Below, in pieces: positions 19,019-28,672 of a stretch of 48,293 nt of DNA; position 1 is the stretch's first letter, and the number at the start of each line of letters is the position of its first letter. The stretch is taken from the NCBI GenBank assembly GCA_947459415.1, contig CANHDN010000004.1, forward strand, positions 1 through 48,293, read 5' to 3'. A program made the translations under genes and the position numbers. The notes beneath the pieces are model-generated. The model was not told the DNA's origin. It did no database searches and saw nothing but the letters and a program-made list of their open reading frames with translations. This stretch comes from Bacteroidota bacterium (lineage in GTDB: Bacteria > Bacteroidota > Bacteroidia > UKL13-3).

Positions 19019-20119
19019 ATGGAGATAGAACAAAATAAATTAGAGAATAATCATTTTGAAAATGATGAAATCTCTTTGAAGGAATTAATTCTTAAAATTA
19101 AATATTGGTTCAAGTTTTTAAAATCTAAATGGAAAACTATATTTCTTGTTGGATTATTCGGGGGTATGATTGGTCTATTAATTGATTGGCTTGATAAGCC
19201 AAACTATAAAGCAACTTTAACGTTTGCCATGGAAGAAGACAAGGGCGGTTCTGGTGGATTGAGTGGAGCATTAGGATTGGCGAGTAGTTTTGGAATTGAT
19301 TTAGGTGGCGTAGCTGGCGGTGGTGCTTTTGCTGCTAGTAATTTGGCAGCATTAATGAAAAGCCATTTAATCATTGAAAAAGTTTTATTAGATAGTTATA
19401 TTATTAACGGTAAGAAAAGAACATTGGCAGACTATTACATAGAAATAAATAATTTAAGAGATAAATGGTCAAAAAAGCCGGTTTTACAAAATATTCAATT
19501 TTTACCTGATGCAGATAGAAGCAAGTTTAATATATTACAAGACTCCCTGCTATTTGAATTTCATAAAGCATTAACAAAAAAAGAAAATCTAGATATTATT
19601 CAAAAAGATAAAAAAGTTACTATTGTTTCCATTGAAGTGAATTCTGAAGATGAATTATTTTCTAAACTTTTTTGCGAAGCTGTTGCAAATGAAACCTCTG
19701 AGTTTTATGTTCAAACAAAAAGTAAAAAGGCCAGAATGAATACCAATGTTTTACAAAAACAGGCAGACAGTGTTAGGGCTGTTTTGAATAACAATATTAC
19801 CAATGTTGCTAGGGAGGCTGATAATGTGTATAATTTAAATCCCACATTGAACGTTAGGGGTGCCAAAAGTAAAAAAATTCAGGTTGATGTTACAGCTAAT
19901 ACAGAAGTTTTAAAGCAGTTAATTGTACAACTTGAATTATCCAAAATTACTCTAAGAAAAGAAACGCCATTAATCCAATTAATTGACAAGCCAGTATTGC
20001 CACTAGAAAAACAAAAACTTGGCACATTAAAATCAGTTATTTTTGGAAGTTTTTTGGGTGGATTTTTATGTATTTTATATTTGATTTTCGGACAATTATT
20101 TAAAAAGATCATTGATTAA
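19019..20119 (+). CDS. wzz: Polysaccharide co-polymerase / chain-length regulator (Wzz/PCP), copy 2
   Basis: DEISLKEL, two TMs, LASSFGIDLGG, ETPLIQLIDKPVLPL. No Walker motifs. Confidence 0.85.
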   Translation: MEIEQNKLENNHFENDEISLKELILKIKYWFKFLKSKWKTIFLVGLFGGMIGLLIDWLDKPNYKATLTFAMEEDKGGSGGLSGALGLASSFGIDLGGVAGGGAFAASNLAALMKSHLIIEKVLLDSYIINGKKRTLADYYIEINNLRDKWSKKPVLQNIQFLPDADRSKFNILQDSLLFEFHKALTKKENLDIIQKDKKVTIVSIEVNSEDELFSKLFCEAVANETSEFYVQTKSKKARMNTNVLQKQADSVRAVLNNNITNVAREADNVYNLNPTLNVRGAKSKKIQVDVTANTEVLKQLIVQLELSKITLRKETPLIQLIDKPVLPLEKQKLGTLKSVIFGSFLGGFLCILYLIFGQLFKKIID

Positions 20120-20308
20120 CGAAATTTATTTGGAATTAGTTTCGACCACACTATTTCTAAATATTTGCAAAAAGTTAGAAATCATTAATAACGTGATTTT
20201 TAATTGATTTATATATTTTATTTTTATAATTTGTTTTCATAAAATGTTGAAAAAATAGGTTAAATGTGAGCACTTTTGAGCGTTATTTTAGAGATTAATA
20301 TTTGAAAA

Positions 20309-21589
20309 ATGAAAGATAAAAAAATTGCAATAATTGGACTTGGTTATGTTGGATTGCCATTAGCTGTAGCCTTCGCTGAAAAATACAAAATAGTTGGTTT
20401 TGATATTAATAATAAAAGAGTTGAGGACTTAAAATCAGGATATGATGAAACATTAGAAGTTAATAATGACCTACTTAATGCAGTTTTAGATAACAGCAAT
20501 TCAAAAATAAATGGGTTGACTTTAACTTCAATACCTGAATCAATATCAGATTGTAACATTTACATTGTAACTGTTCCAACTCCAACTGATAAAAATAATC
20601 GACCAGTATTAACTCCCATGATTAAGGCTACTGAAACAATTGCATCTTATCTTCAGAGAGGAGATATTGTTATCTATGAATCTACTGTTTATCCTGGAGT
20701 TACTGAAGATGAAATGGTGCCTATACTTGAAAAAGTAAGTGGATTAAAGTATAATTTAGATTTTTATTGTGGATACTCTCCAGAGCGAATTAATCCAGGA
20801 GATAAAGAGCATATAGTAACCAAAATTCTAAAAGTTACTAGTGGTTCTACACCTGAAATAGCTACAATTGTTGACGACTTATATAAATCTGTTATTAGTG
20901 CAGGAACTCATAAGGCACCAAGTATTAAAGTAGCAGAAGCGGCTAAAGTGATTGAAAACTCTCAAAGAGATATCAATATAGCTTTTGTAAACGAGCTTAG
21001 TAAAATATTCAATTTAATAGGAATAGATACAAATGAAGTTTTAGATGCCGCAGGAACAAAATGGAATTTTCTAAAATTCAAACCCGGTCTAGTTGGAGGC
21101 CATTGTATTGGGGTTGACCCTTATTATTTAGCACAAAAAGCTCAGGAAGTAGGGTATCACCCTGAAATTATCTTGGCAGGTAGAAGGCTAAATGACTCAA
21201 TGGGCAAATATGTAGCAACAGAGGTAGTTAAATTGATGATGAGAAAAGATCTTAAAGTAATTGGATCAAAAGTATTGCTTTTAGGCTTTACTTTTAAAGA
21301 AAACTGTCCAGACGTGAGGAATACACGTGTTATTGATATCTATAGAGAGCTAGTAAATTTTGATATAAATATAGATGTTTATGATCCATTAGTGGATCCT
21401 ATTGTAGTGAAGAATGAATACGGAATTGATGTAATTACCAAACTTCCTGTTACACAATTTGCAGCTGTAATCTTGGCAGTAGCGCATAAAGAGTTTTTAA
21501 ATTTAGATGTTCGATCATTTGCTCCAGTAGGTGTTGTTTATGATGTTAAAGGAGTACTTCCTAGAAAAGTTATAGATTCAAGATTATAA
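20309..21589 (+). CDS. wbpO: UDP-GlcNAc/GalNAc 6-dehydrogenase (WbpO/TviB family)
   Basis: [49 protein letters not shown]. Confidence 0.9.
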   Translation: MKDKKIAIIGLGYVGLPLAVAFAEKYKIVGFDINNKRVEDLKSGYDETLEVNNDLLNAVLDNSNSKINGLTLTSIPESISDCNIYIVTVPTPTDKNNRPVLTPMIKATETIASYLQRGDIVIYESTVYPGVTEDEMVPILEKVSGLKYNLDFYCGYSPERINPGDKEHIVTKILKVTSGSTPEIATIVDDLYKSVISAGTHKAPSIKVAEAAKVIENSQRDINIAFVNELSKIFNLIGIDTNEVLDAAGTKWNFLKFKPGLVGGHCIGVDPYYLAQKAQEVGYHPEIILAGRRLNDSMGKYVATEVVKLMMRKDLKVIGSKVLLLGFTFKENCPDVRNTRVIDIYRELVNFDINIDVYDPLVDPIVVKNEYGIDVITKLPVTQFAAVILAVAHKEFLNLDVRSFAPVGVVYDVKGVLPRKVIDSRL

Positions 21590-21592
21590 ATT

Positions 21593-22606
21593 ATGTTTAA
21601 TAAACAACTATACAATTTACCTTATCATAAAGTTGAGTTATCAAAATATTCTTTTTTGATAACAGGTGGTGCAGGATTTATTGGATCTAATCTGGTTGAA
21701 TATTTAATAAAATATAATGCAGGACATATTAGAGTTCTTGATAATCTTTCAAATGGATATTATGAGAATATAAAAGATTTTATCGGATTAAAAAACTTTG
21801 AATTTATTAAGGGAGATGTAAGAGATTTTGACACATGTAAAAAAGCTATTGAAGGAATTAATTATATATCTCATCAAGCAGCGTTAGGAAGTGTGCCAAG
21901 AAGTATAGCTGATCCTTTAACTTCAAATAATGTCAATGTTAATGGCTTTTTAAATATTTTGTATGCTTCAAAAGATTCAAAAACATTAAAACGTCTTGTT
22001 TACGCAGCATCAAGTAGTACATATGGTGATAGCCCAATTCTGCCAAAGGTAGAGGGAAAAGAAGGAAACCCCATTTCTCCATATGCAGTTACAAAGTTAG
22101 TTAATGAGTTATATGCAGATGTTTTCAGTAAAACGTATGGTTTGCATTCTGTCGGTCTAAGATACTTTAATGTATTTGGGCCTAAGCAATCTCCTGCTAA
22201 TGCATATGCTGCTGTTATTCCTAAGTTCATTGCTTCGGCTTTAAATCAAACTTCACCAACAATTTTTGGTGATGGTGAAACATCTAGAGATTTTACATTC
22301 ATTGAGAATGTTGTTCAAGCAAATATTAAATCTTTATTAATTTATCCTGATATTAATGCACACGAAGTGGTAAATATAGCTTGTGGATATAGGACAAGTT
22401 TAAACCATTTGTGGAGTTTGATAATAAAACATCTGAATCATGAATCTTTGATGCCGAATTACTTAGAAGAAAGGATAGGTGATGTAAAACACTCATTGGC
22501 TGATATTTCAAAGGCAAAAAAAATGATTAATTATTCTCCACTTTTTGATGTAGAAAGTGGATTGAAGACTACTATTGAATATTTAAAAACGCAAAATTAT
22601 GTTTAA
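21593..22606 (+). CDS. wbpP: UDP-GlcNAc(A) 4-epimerase (WbpP/TviC family)
   Basis: GGAGFIGS, HQAALGSVPRS, AASSSTYG, YAVTK, LRYFNVFG, AYAAVIP. Confidence 0.88.
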   Translation: MFNKQLYNLPYHKVELSKYSFLITGGAGFIGSNLVEYLIKYNAGHIRVLDNLSNGYYENIKDFIGLKNFEFIKGDVRDFDTCKKAIEGINYISHQAALGSVPRSIADPLTSNNVNVNGFLNILYASKDSKTLKRLVYAASSSTYGDSPILPKVEGKEGNPISPYAVTKLVNELYADVFSKTYGLHSVGLRYFNVFGPKQSPANAYAAVIPKFIASALNQTSPTIFGDGETSRDFTFIENVVQANIKSLLIYPDINAHEVVNIACGYRTSLNHLWSLIIKHLNHESLMPNYLEERIGDVKHSLADISKAKKMINYSPLFDVESGLKTTIEYLKTQNYV

Positions 22607-23630
22607 AGAGCTGTTAATTGAAAATGAACCTTTTATTATTGCTGAAGTTGGTCAAAATCATCAAGGTGATTTAGATTTAGCTAGAGAGTATATCAAGGTT
22701 TTTGCGAGTGCTGGTGCTAATGCAGTTAAGTTTCAAACTCGAAATAATAAATATTTATTTTCTGATGAGGCATATAAAGCACCTTATGAAAGTGAAAATG
22801 CATTCGCAGAAACTTATGGTGCTCATCGAGAAAAGCTTGAATTAAATCCACATTTTTTGCCAATCTTGAAAGAAGATTGCATGAAATATGGAGTAAAGTT
22901 TATGTCCACTCCATTTGATGAGCCAAGTTTGGAAATCTTAAAAAAATTAGATGCTGATATTATAAAAATTGCATCTTTTGATTTGGGAAACCTTCCATTA
23001 ATAAATCGTATTTCAAAATTATCAAAACCTGTTGTTATAAGTGTTGGAGGAGGCAAGATTGATCAAATCAGATCAAGTGTTAATTTGCTTCTTGAAAATG
23101 GGATTGATCTATCAATATTACATTGTGTTTCTGAATATCCATGTGAGTTTGACAAGCTTGGTTTAGAAAACATTCAAACTTTGATAAATGAATTTCCAAA
23201 TTGTATAATAGGCTCATCTGATCATTTTAATGGAACACTTTCAGGTCCAATCGCATATATGCTAGGGGCAAGAGTTTTCGAAAAACATGTTACTCTAAAT
23301 CGCGCTTGGAAGGGAACAGATCATAGTTTTGCACTTGAACCAGAAGGCTTTAGGAAATTTGTTAGAGATATAAAAAGAGTTAGATATATGCTCCCCCAAA
23401 AACCAAATACTGAAATAGGGCAAGAAAAAGTTTTTAAAAAATTGGGCAAATCATTGGTTGTTTTAAATGACCTTTCAAAAGGAACTATGTTGACTATTGA
23501 TAATTTGTCAGGAAAAATTTTCAATACTCAATACATACCTGTTAGAGAATCCAATCAAGTTATAGGCAAAATTTTAAATAGAGATATAAAAGCAGGAGAA
23601 CCAATTAATTTTAATGACTTACTAAGTTAG
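22599..23630 (+). CDS. neuB: PEP-dependent ulosonate(-phosphate) synthase, NeuB/NANS family, with C-terminal SAF domain
   Basis: IIAEVGQNHQGD, VKFQ, STPFD, LHCVSEYP, GSSDH, EKHVTL, WKGTDH. Confidence 0.93.
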   Translation: MFKELLIENEPFIIAEVGQNHQGDLDLAREYIKVFASAGANAVKFQTRNNKYLFSDEAYKAPYESENAFAETYGAHREKLELNPHFLPILKEDCMKYGVKFMSTPFDEPSLEILKKLDADIIKIASFDLGNLPLINRISKLSKPVVISVGGGKIDQIRSSVNLLLENGIDLSILHCVSEYPCEFDKLGLENIQTLINEFPNCIIGSSDHFNGTLSGPIAYMLGARVFEKHVTLNRAWKGTDHSFALEPEGFRKFVRDIKRVRYMLPQKPNTEIGQEKVFKKLGKSLVVLNDLSKGTMLTIDNLSGKIFNTQYIPVRESNQVIGKILNRDIKAGEPINFNDLLS

Positions 23631-23635
23631 TAATA

Positions 23636-24121
23636 ATGAAATTAGAATTTAATCAAATTAAACTTCTTATTTTAGATTTCGATGGAGTCCTCACAGATAA
23701 CTCTGTTTTTGTAAATGAAGAAGGTGTTGAATCAGTTAAGTGTAATAGAAGTGATGGAATAGGTATTTCTAGAATAAAAAAACTTGGAATTAAAGTTGTA
23801 ATTGTTTCAACTGAAAAGAATAAGGTTGTTTCTGCCCGGGCAAAAAAACTAAATCTTGAATCAATTCAAGGGGTTGACGACAAATATGAAGTAGTCTTAA
23901 AATTAAGTAAAGAATTAGACATTCCTCTTGCGAAAATTGCTTTTTTAGGAAATGATATAAATGATATTCCGGCATTTGAAATTGTAGGTTTCCCAATTGC
24001 AGTTGCAGATTGTTATTTGGAAGTAGAGCCATATGTAAATTATAAAACAAAAAGTAAAGGAGGAGAAGGTGCAGTAAGAGAAGTTTGTGACCTTATCTAT
24101 TTTGCAATGACAAACATTTAA
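23636..24121 (+). CDS. kdsC: KdsC-family HAD phosphatase (Kdo-8-P/Kdn-9-P phosphatase type)
   Basis: DFDGVLTD, DGIGI, GNDIND, GGEGAVREVCD. Confidence 0.88.
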   Translation: MKLEFNQIKLLILDFDGVLTDNSVFVNEEGVESVKCNRSDGIGISRIKKLGIKVVIVSTEKNKVVSARAKKLNLESIQGVDDKYEVVLKLSKELDIPLAKIAFLGNDINDIPAFEIVGFPIAVADCYLEVEPYVNYKTKSKGGEGAVREVCDLIYFAMTNI

Positions 24122-24124
24122 TTT

Positions 24125-24925
24125 ATGGATAAATTATTTGATGTTAGTAGAGAAATAGTTGTAATAACTGGGGCAGCTGGTAATCTAGGTCATGCATATG
24201 CCCAAGCATACCTAGATAGGGGCGCAAAAGTAGTTGGACTAGATATAAGTCTGACTTCAAAATTAAGTGAGCAGCAAAATAATGAAAATTATTTTTTTAT
24301 TATTACGGATGTTACTAGCAAACAATCACTAGAAAATGCACTTAGGGCAATTGAGAAAAAATATGGAGTACCCACCGTTCTTATTAATAATGCAGCCGTT
24401 GACTCTCCACCTTCTGCACCGTTGGAAGAAAATGGTCCTTTTGAGTCATATCCTGAAAGTTCTTGGGATAATGTATTGAATGTAAACTTAAAAGGGGTTT
24501 TTTTATGCTGCCAAGTATTTGGAGCAGCTATGGCAAAGAATAATAAAGGGTCTATTATTAATGTTTCTTCTATTTATGGAATTGTTTCACCTGACCAAAA
24601 TATATATAAATACAAACGTGACCGTGGCGAGGTCTTCTATAAACCCGTTGCATACTCCGCATCTAAATCTGGAATAATTAATCTTACAAAATACTTGGCC
24701 GTTTATTGGGCAAAAGCATCAGTAAGAGTAAATACTCTAACTATTGCTGGTGTTTATAACAAACAAGATGAGGAGTTTATAACATCTTACTGTAATAGAA
24801 TGCCTGTTGGTCGAATGGCAGAGATGTCAGAGTATTGTGGAGCAGTTTTGTTTCTTTCTTCAAGTGCTTCATCTTATATGACAGGGTCTAATCTAGTAGT
24901 TGATGGAGGGTGGACTTCAATTTAA
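24125..24925 (+). CDS. Classical SDR oxidoreductase (PtmA-like)
   Basis: TGAAGNLG, INNAA, SSIYG, YSASK, VDGG. Confidence 0.88.
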   Translation: MDKLFDVSREIVVITGAAGNLGHAYAQAYLDRGAKVVGLDISLTSKLSEQQNNENYFFIITDVTSKQSLENALRAIEKKYGVPTVLINNAAVDSPPSAPLEENGPFESYPESSWDNVLNVNLKGVFLCCQVFGAAMAKNNKGSIINVSSIYGIVSPDQNIYKYKRDRGEVFYKPVAYSASKSGIINLTKYLAVYWAKASVRVNTLTIAGVYNKQDEEFITSYCNRMPVGRMAEMSEYCGAVLFLSSSASSYMTGSNLVVDGGWTSI

Positions 24926-24933
24926 TAAAATTT

Positions 24934-26385
24934 ATGAAAACAATTAATAATTGGATTAACAATAAACTAATACCGTCAATCCATGGGTTAGTCATAGATA
25001 AATATAATCCGCATCTAGGAAGCATAATGTGTAAAGTGACATCTTCGAAAGATGAAGACGTTAATATTGCTGTTAATGCTGCTGAAGCGGCTTTTAATGA
25101 GTGGAGTAATTTAACCCCAATTAAACGAGGCCAATTGTTGATGACTTTAGTAGACATAATGAAGCAATCACGCCAAGTATTAGCAGATTGTGTGGCAATT
25201 GAAACTGGTAAACCAATCAAAGATGCATTGGGTGAAGTAAATGGTGCTATAATGCAGGGAGAATATTTTGCTAGCGAAGGAATGCGTTTACATGGAAGAA
25301 CACTAACTTCTAATATGCCAGGAAAACAAAGTTTTACTGTGCGACAACCGCATGGAATAGCTGCACTTATTGTTCCTGCCAATACACCAATTGCCAATAT
25401 TGCTTGGAAAGTGTTTCCAGCCTTAATTTGTGGTAATACAGTAGTTTTAAAGGCGTCGGAGGATGCCCCAGAAACTGCAATATTATTCGCCCAATTCGCT
25501 AAAGACGCAGGTATAGCTGATGGTGTTTTGAATGTAATACAAGGAACAGGATTAGAGGCTGGATCTGCTTTAGTTAAACATCCTAAAGTAAGTGTTATTA
25601 GTTTTACGGGTTCGACAGAAGTTGGACGATGGATTGCAACTACAGCAGGTAAAAGGTTAGCAAGGATATCTTTAGAACTTGGAGGTAAAAATTCTTTTGT
25701 TGTTTGCACTGATGCAGACTTAGAACATGCAGTTCATTGGGCAGCATTATCCGCGTTTAGTAATGCTGGTCAACGTTGTGCTGCCGCAAGTAGAATTATA
25801 GTTTTTGAAGATATATACAATGAATTCACAACTCGACTTATTGAAAAGGCAAAAAAATTACAACTTGGAGTGCACGAAACTGCAGATTTGGGTCCAGTGA
25901 TATCGGAAAAGCAGCTGCAACGGATTACAAAATTTGTAGATACTGCAATTCAAAACGGGGCACGTGTACTCTGTGGAGGGTCAATTCCAAATAATAAGAA
26001 TCTAAAAGGATATTATTATACTCCCACTTTAATCGATAATGTTAAGTCTAATGATGATATAAGCTGTAAGGAGCTTTTTGGTCCTGTTGCTACTATACAT
26101 TCTGTAAAAAATTTACAGGAAGCTATTATTTTTGCAAACGATACTGAATATGGCCTGACTGCAGCTATACATACAAAAAATATTGATTTAGCAATGACCT
26201 TTGCAAAAAAGATAAGGTCTGGAGTTGCAAACATTAATTTAGGAACCTTTGGAAGTGAACCTCATATGCCGTTTGGCGGATTTGGAAGTTCAGGAAATGG
26301 AACTAGAGAGCCAGGCCTGGAAGCATTAGATGTTTACTCAGAGCTCAAGAATATTTCATATTTGGTAAGTGAATCAATTAATTAA
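24934..26385 (+). CDS. NAD(P)-dependent aldehyde dehydrogenase
   Basis: ETGKP, FTGSTEVG, catalytic ELGGKN and GQRC, ELFGPV, PFGG. ATG 24934 preferred over GTG 24910. Confidence 0.93.
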   Translation: MKTINNWINNKLIPSIHGLVIDKYNPHLGSIMCKVTSSKDEDVNIAVNAAEAAFNEWSNLTPIKRGQLLMTLVDIMKQSRQVLADCVAIETGKPIKDALGEVNGAIMQGEYFASEGMRLHGRTLTSNMPGKQSFTVRQPHGIAALIVPANTPIANIAWKVFPALICGNTVVLKASEDAPETAILFAQFAKDAGIADGVLNVIQGTGLEAGSALVKHPKVSVISFTGSTEVGRWIATTAGKRLARISLELGGKNSFVVCTDADLEHAVHWAALSAFSNAGQRCAAASRIIVFEDIYNEFTTRLIEKAKKLQLGVHETADLGPVISEKQLQRITKFVDTAIQNGARVLCGGSIPNNKNLKGYYYTPTLIDNVKSNDDISCKELFGPVATIHSVKNLQEAIIFANDTEYGLTAAIHTKNIDLAMTFAKKIRSGVANINLGTFGSEPHMPFGGFGSSGNGTREPGLEALDVYSELKNISYLVSESIN

Positions 26386-26423
26386 ACGTTATTTATCACA
26401 ATTAAGTTAATTTTTTCATCAAA

Positions 26424-27653
26424 GTGATAAAAAAATATTTATCGGTTTCTTCAAATACGGTTTTTATAGGTTTGATTTCCCTTGTTTTTTCATTTTTGTT
26501 GTTGAAAATTCAATTAGGGTTTCTTGGTGTAGAACAAAGAGGTATCATGATTCTTGTGCAAGCGAATGTAGCTGTGCTAGTATCGCTTGTTCGTTTTGGA
26601 ATTGGTCAATCAGTTATCAAAGCGATATCAGAACAAGATAAGTCAATAGTTTGTGCTAATTTTTTACTTTTATTAGCTGTTCAGGCGGTTCTCATAGGGT
26701 TAATCGTACTTATAATTTTTTTGTATGGAAATCTTTTCGGGGGCCATCTTCAAAACTTATCATTTTTTGTGATTACTTCGTTTAGTATTTCTAGTTTATT
26801 ATTCAACGCTCTTTCAAACTTTTCTTTTTTGCTACACAGCAGTAAGGTGTTTACAATACAGACAGTGCTTTTTGGGGTTCTTAATATTGGATTCCTTTGG
26901 TTAGCAGGTAAATGTGTTACGATTGGAATAAACATGGCACTTCTTAGCACAGCAGCAGCTCAATTATGTGTAGTAATATTTCTTGCAAAGCTTTTGCCAA
27001 GGTTTCGTTCCCGCCACATAAATAAACAATTGCTTATTCAACTGGTTTTTGGAGGCGCTAGTTCTATCGGTTGGTCTTTTTTAAAAGATCTATCTTATAA
27101 GATTGATCTTTTATTTTTTGGAAGTGTATTGTCAAAATATGATTTCGGTATTTATAGTATTCTGCAGAATCTTTGTCAATCGGTATGGCGTATTACAGAT
27201 CAATTTATGGCATCTTATTCTAAGTATTTGTTGGGAATTAAGAAAGAATATTATATAAAATTTACAAATAACGTCATTTTGATATTAATTTTTTTAACTT
27301 TCTCTGCAATAGGGTTTGCATATTTCCTAATCGTTCCAGTATTTGGATTTATTGCAGGAATTGACTTATCTCAATATCGTTTCCCGGCACTAGTATTGTT
27401 ATACGCTGTATTGGTGTTCAATATATGGAAACTTGTAGCTAACTTTTTCATACAAATCGGACACTATTTTTCTATGTATGTTACTTTAATTACACTAATT
27501 AGTCTTTTCTTTATCCTGAAAAAATTTGTTGTTACATTGGATCAAGCAGTGTTTTCAACAGCTCTTGCTTACTCTATCATATCTATAGTTATGATTTTTT
27601 TATACATCTATGTCAACCGGCAGAACACCTTCCGGAATGAATACTTAAATTAA
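26424..27653 (+). CDS. wzx: Wzx-type flippase, copy 2 (divergent)
   Basis: About 12 TM segments, LGVEQRG, FGIGQS and KIDLLF...FGIYS pattern of Wzx. GTG start. Confidence 0.72.
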   Translation: MIKKYLSVSSNTVFIGLISLVFSFLLLKIQLGFLGVEQRGIMILVQANVAVLVSLVRFGIGQSVIKAISEQDKSIVCANFLLLLAVQAVLIGLIVLIIFLYGNLFGGHLQNLSFFVITSFSISSLLFNALSNFSFLLHSSKVFTIQTVLFGVLNIGFLWLAGKCVTIGINMALLSTAAAQLCVVIFLAKLLPRFRSRHINKQLLIQLVFGGASSIGWSFLKDLSYKIDLLFFGSVLSKYDFGIYSILQNLCQSVWRITDQFMASYSKYLLGIKKEYYIKFTNNVILILIFLTFSAIGFAYFLIVPVFGFIAGIDLSQYRFPALVLLYAVLVFNIWKLVANFFIQIGHYFSMYVTLITLISLFFILKKFVVTLDQAVFSTALAYSIISIVMIFLYIYVNRQNTFRNEYLN

Positions 27654-27659
27654 ATAAAT

Positions 27660-28508
27660 ATGCGTTCAGTAAAAGTTAGAATTTCAAAAATGAAGTGGTG
27701 GGTGATTGAGAATCTTTTTGTATCACCCATAAAATTTGTACTTGAAAATCTGTATTTCCCTGTTCTTGTTCGGGTGCTTCAATCCCTTAATTCAAAAGGT
27801 AAACTTGATTTCCCCAATAAGGAAATAATTATGGATGTTAAAACCGTTTCGCAGTTATCTCGACTTCGTTCATGCAAAAAGGAGCCCTCTACTGTTCAGT
27901 GGGTGCTTAGAGATTTGAAAGAGGGTGATGTTTTATTTGATATTGGTGCAAATGTAGGTGCTTATTCTTTGGTTGCCGCAGCTGCTGGTGTAGAAAACTT
28001 GAGTATATATTCTTTTGAACCCAGCCCATTTACTTTTGCATCACTATGCAAAAATGTATCATTAAACAAGTTCGGCGACAAAATATATCCACTTCTAATG
28101 GCACTTGGAGCGAAGACAGAATTATCAAGGTTTTTCCTTTCCTCTAATGTTGCTGGATCAGCGGAGCATGCCCTAGGAGAGCCAATTGACATGTACGGCA
28201 AAAGATTTATACCAGTTGAAATTCAAACAGTGATAAGTATCACGATTGATGAAGCAATAAAAATTTTTGGCATCAAAACTCCTACTCATATCAAGATCGA
28301 TGTGGATGGATTTGAATTGAATGTATTGCAGGGGGCAACAGAGGTATTAGCTTCATCAAGAATTCGCCACTTGTTAGTAGAAGTTAGGGAGGATAGTGAA
28401 GAATGTTTGTCAATTCTTAAACTCTTGAACTCCTTTGGTTTTTTACTTACAAGGAAGGGGTATGCGACTACAGATGGATTCTCTAACTACGAATTCGAAA
28501 AGGCCTAG
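27660..28508 (+). CDS. FkbM-family methyltransferase
   Basis: FDIGANVGAYS, SFEP, IKIDVDGFELNVLQGA. Confidence 0.9.
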   Translation: MRSVKVRISKMKWWVIENLFVSPIKFVLENLYFPVLVRVLQSLNSKGKLDFPNKEIIMDVKTVSQLSRLRSCKKEPSTVQWVLRDLKEGDVLFDIGANVGAYSLVAAAAGVENLSIYSFEPSPFTFASLCKNVSLNKFGDKIYPLLMALGAKTELSRFFLSSNVAGSAEHALGEPIDMYGKRFIPVEIQTVISITIDEAIKIFGIKTPTHIKIDVDGFELNVLQGATEVLASSRIRHLLVEVREDSEECLSILKLLNSFGFLLTRKGYATTDGFSNYEFEKA

Positions 28509-28672
28509 GTAATTAAAAACAAAGTATTTGACTTTGTAACTTTATGAACTAGAGTAACATGTCTTTATAAGAATGCTCATTTACTCGGGGATTATAGACT
28601 GATGCCAATAAAAATAAAAATTCACATAAAGCATACACCAATTTTTTTAGTTAAATATTAATCTGAATAAAA

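Noticed and set aside
24888-25709. 273-aa minus-strand ORF
   Set aside because: Antisense shadow of the conserved aldehyde dehydrogenase, with no recognisable motifs.
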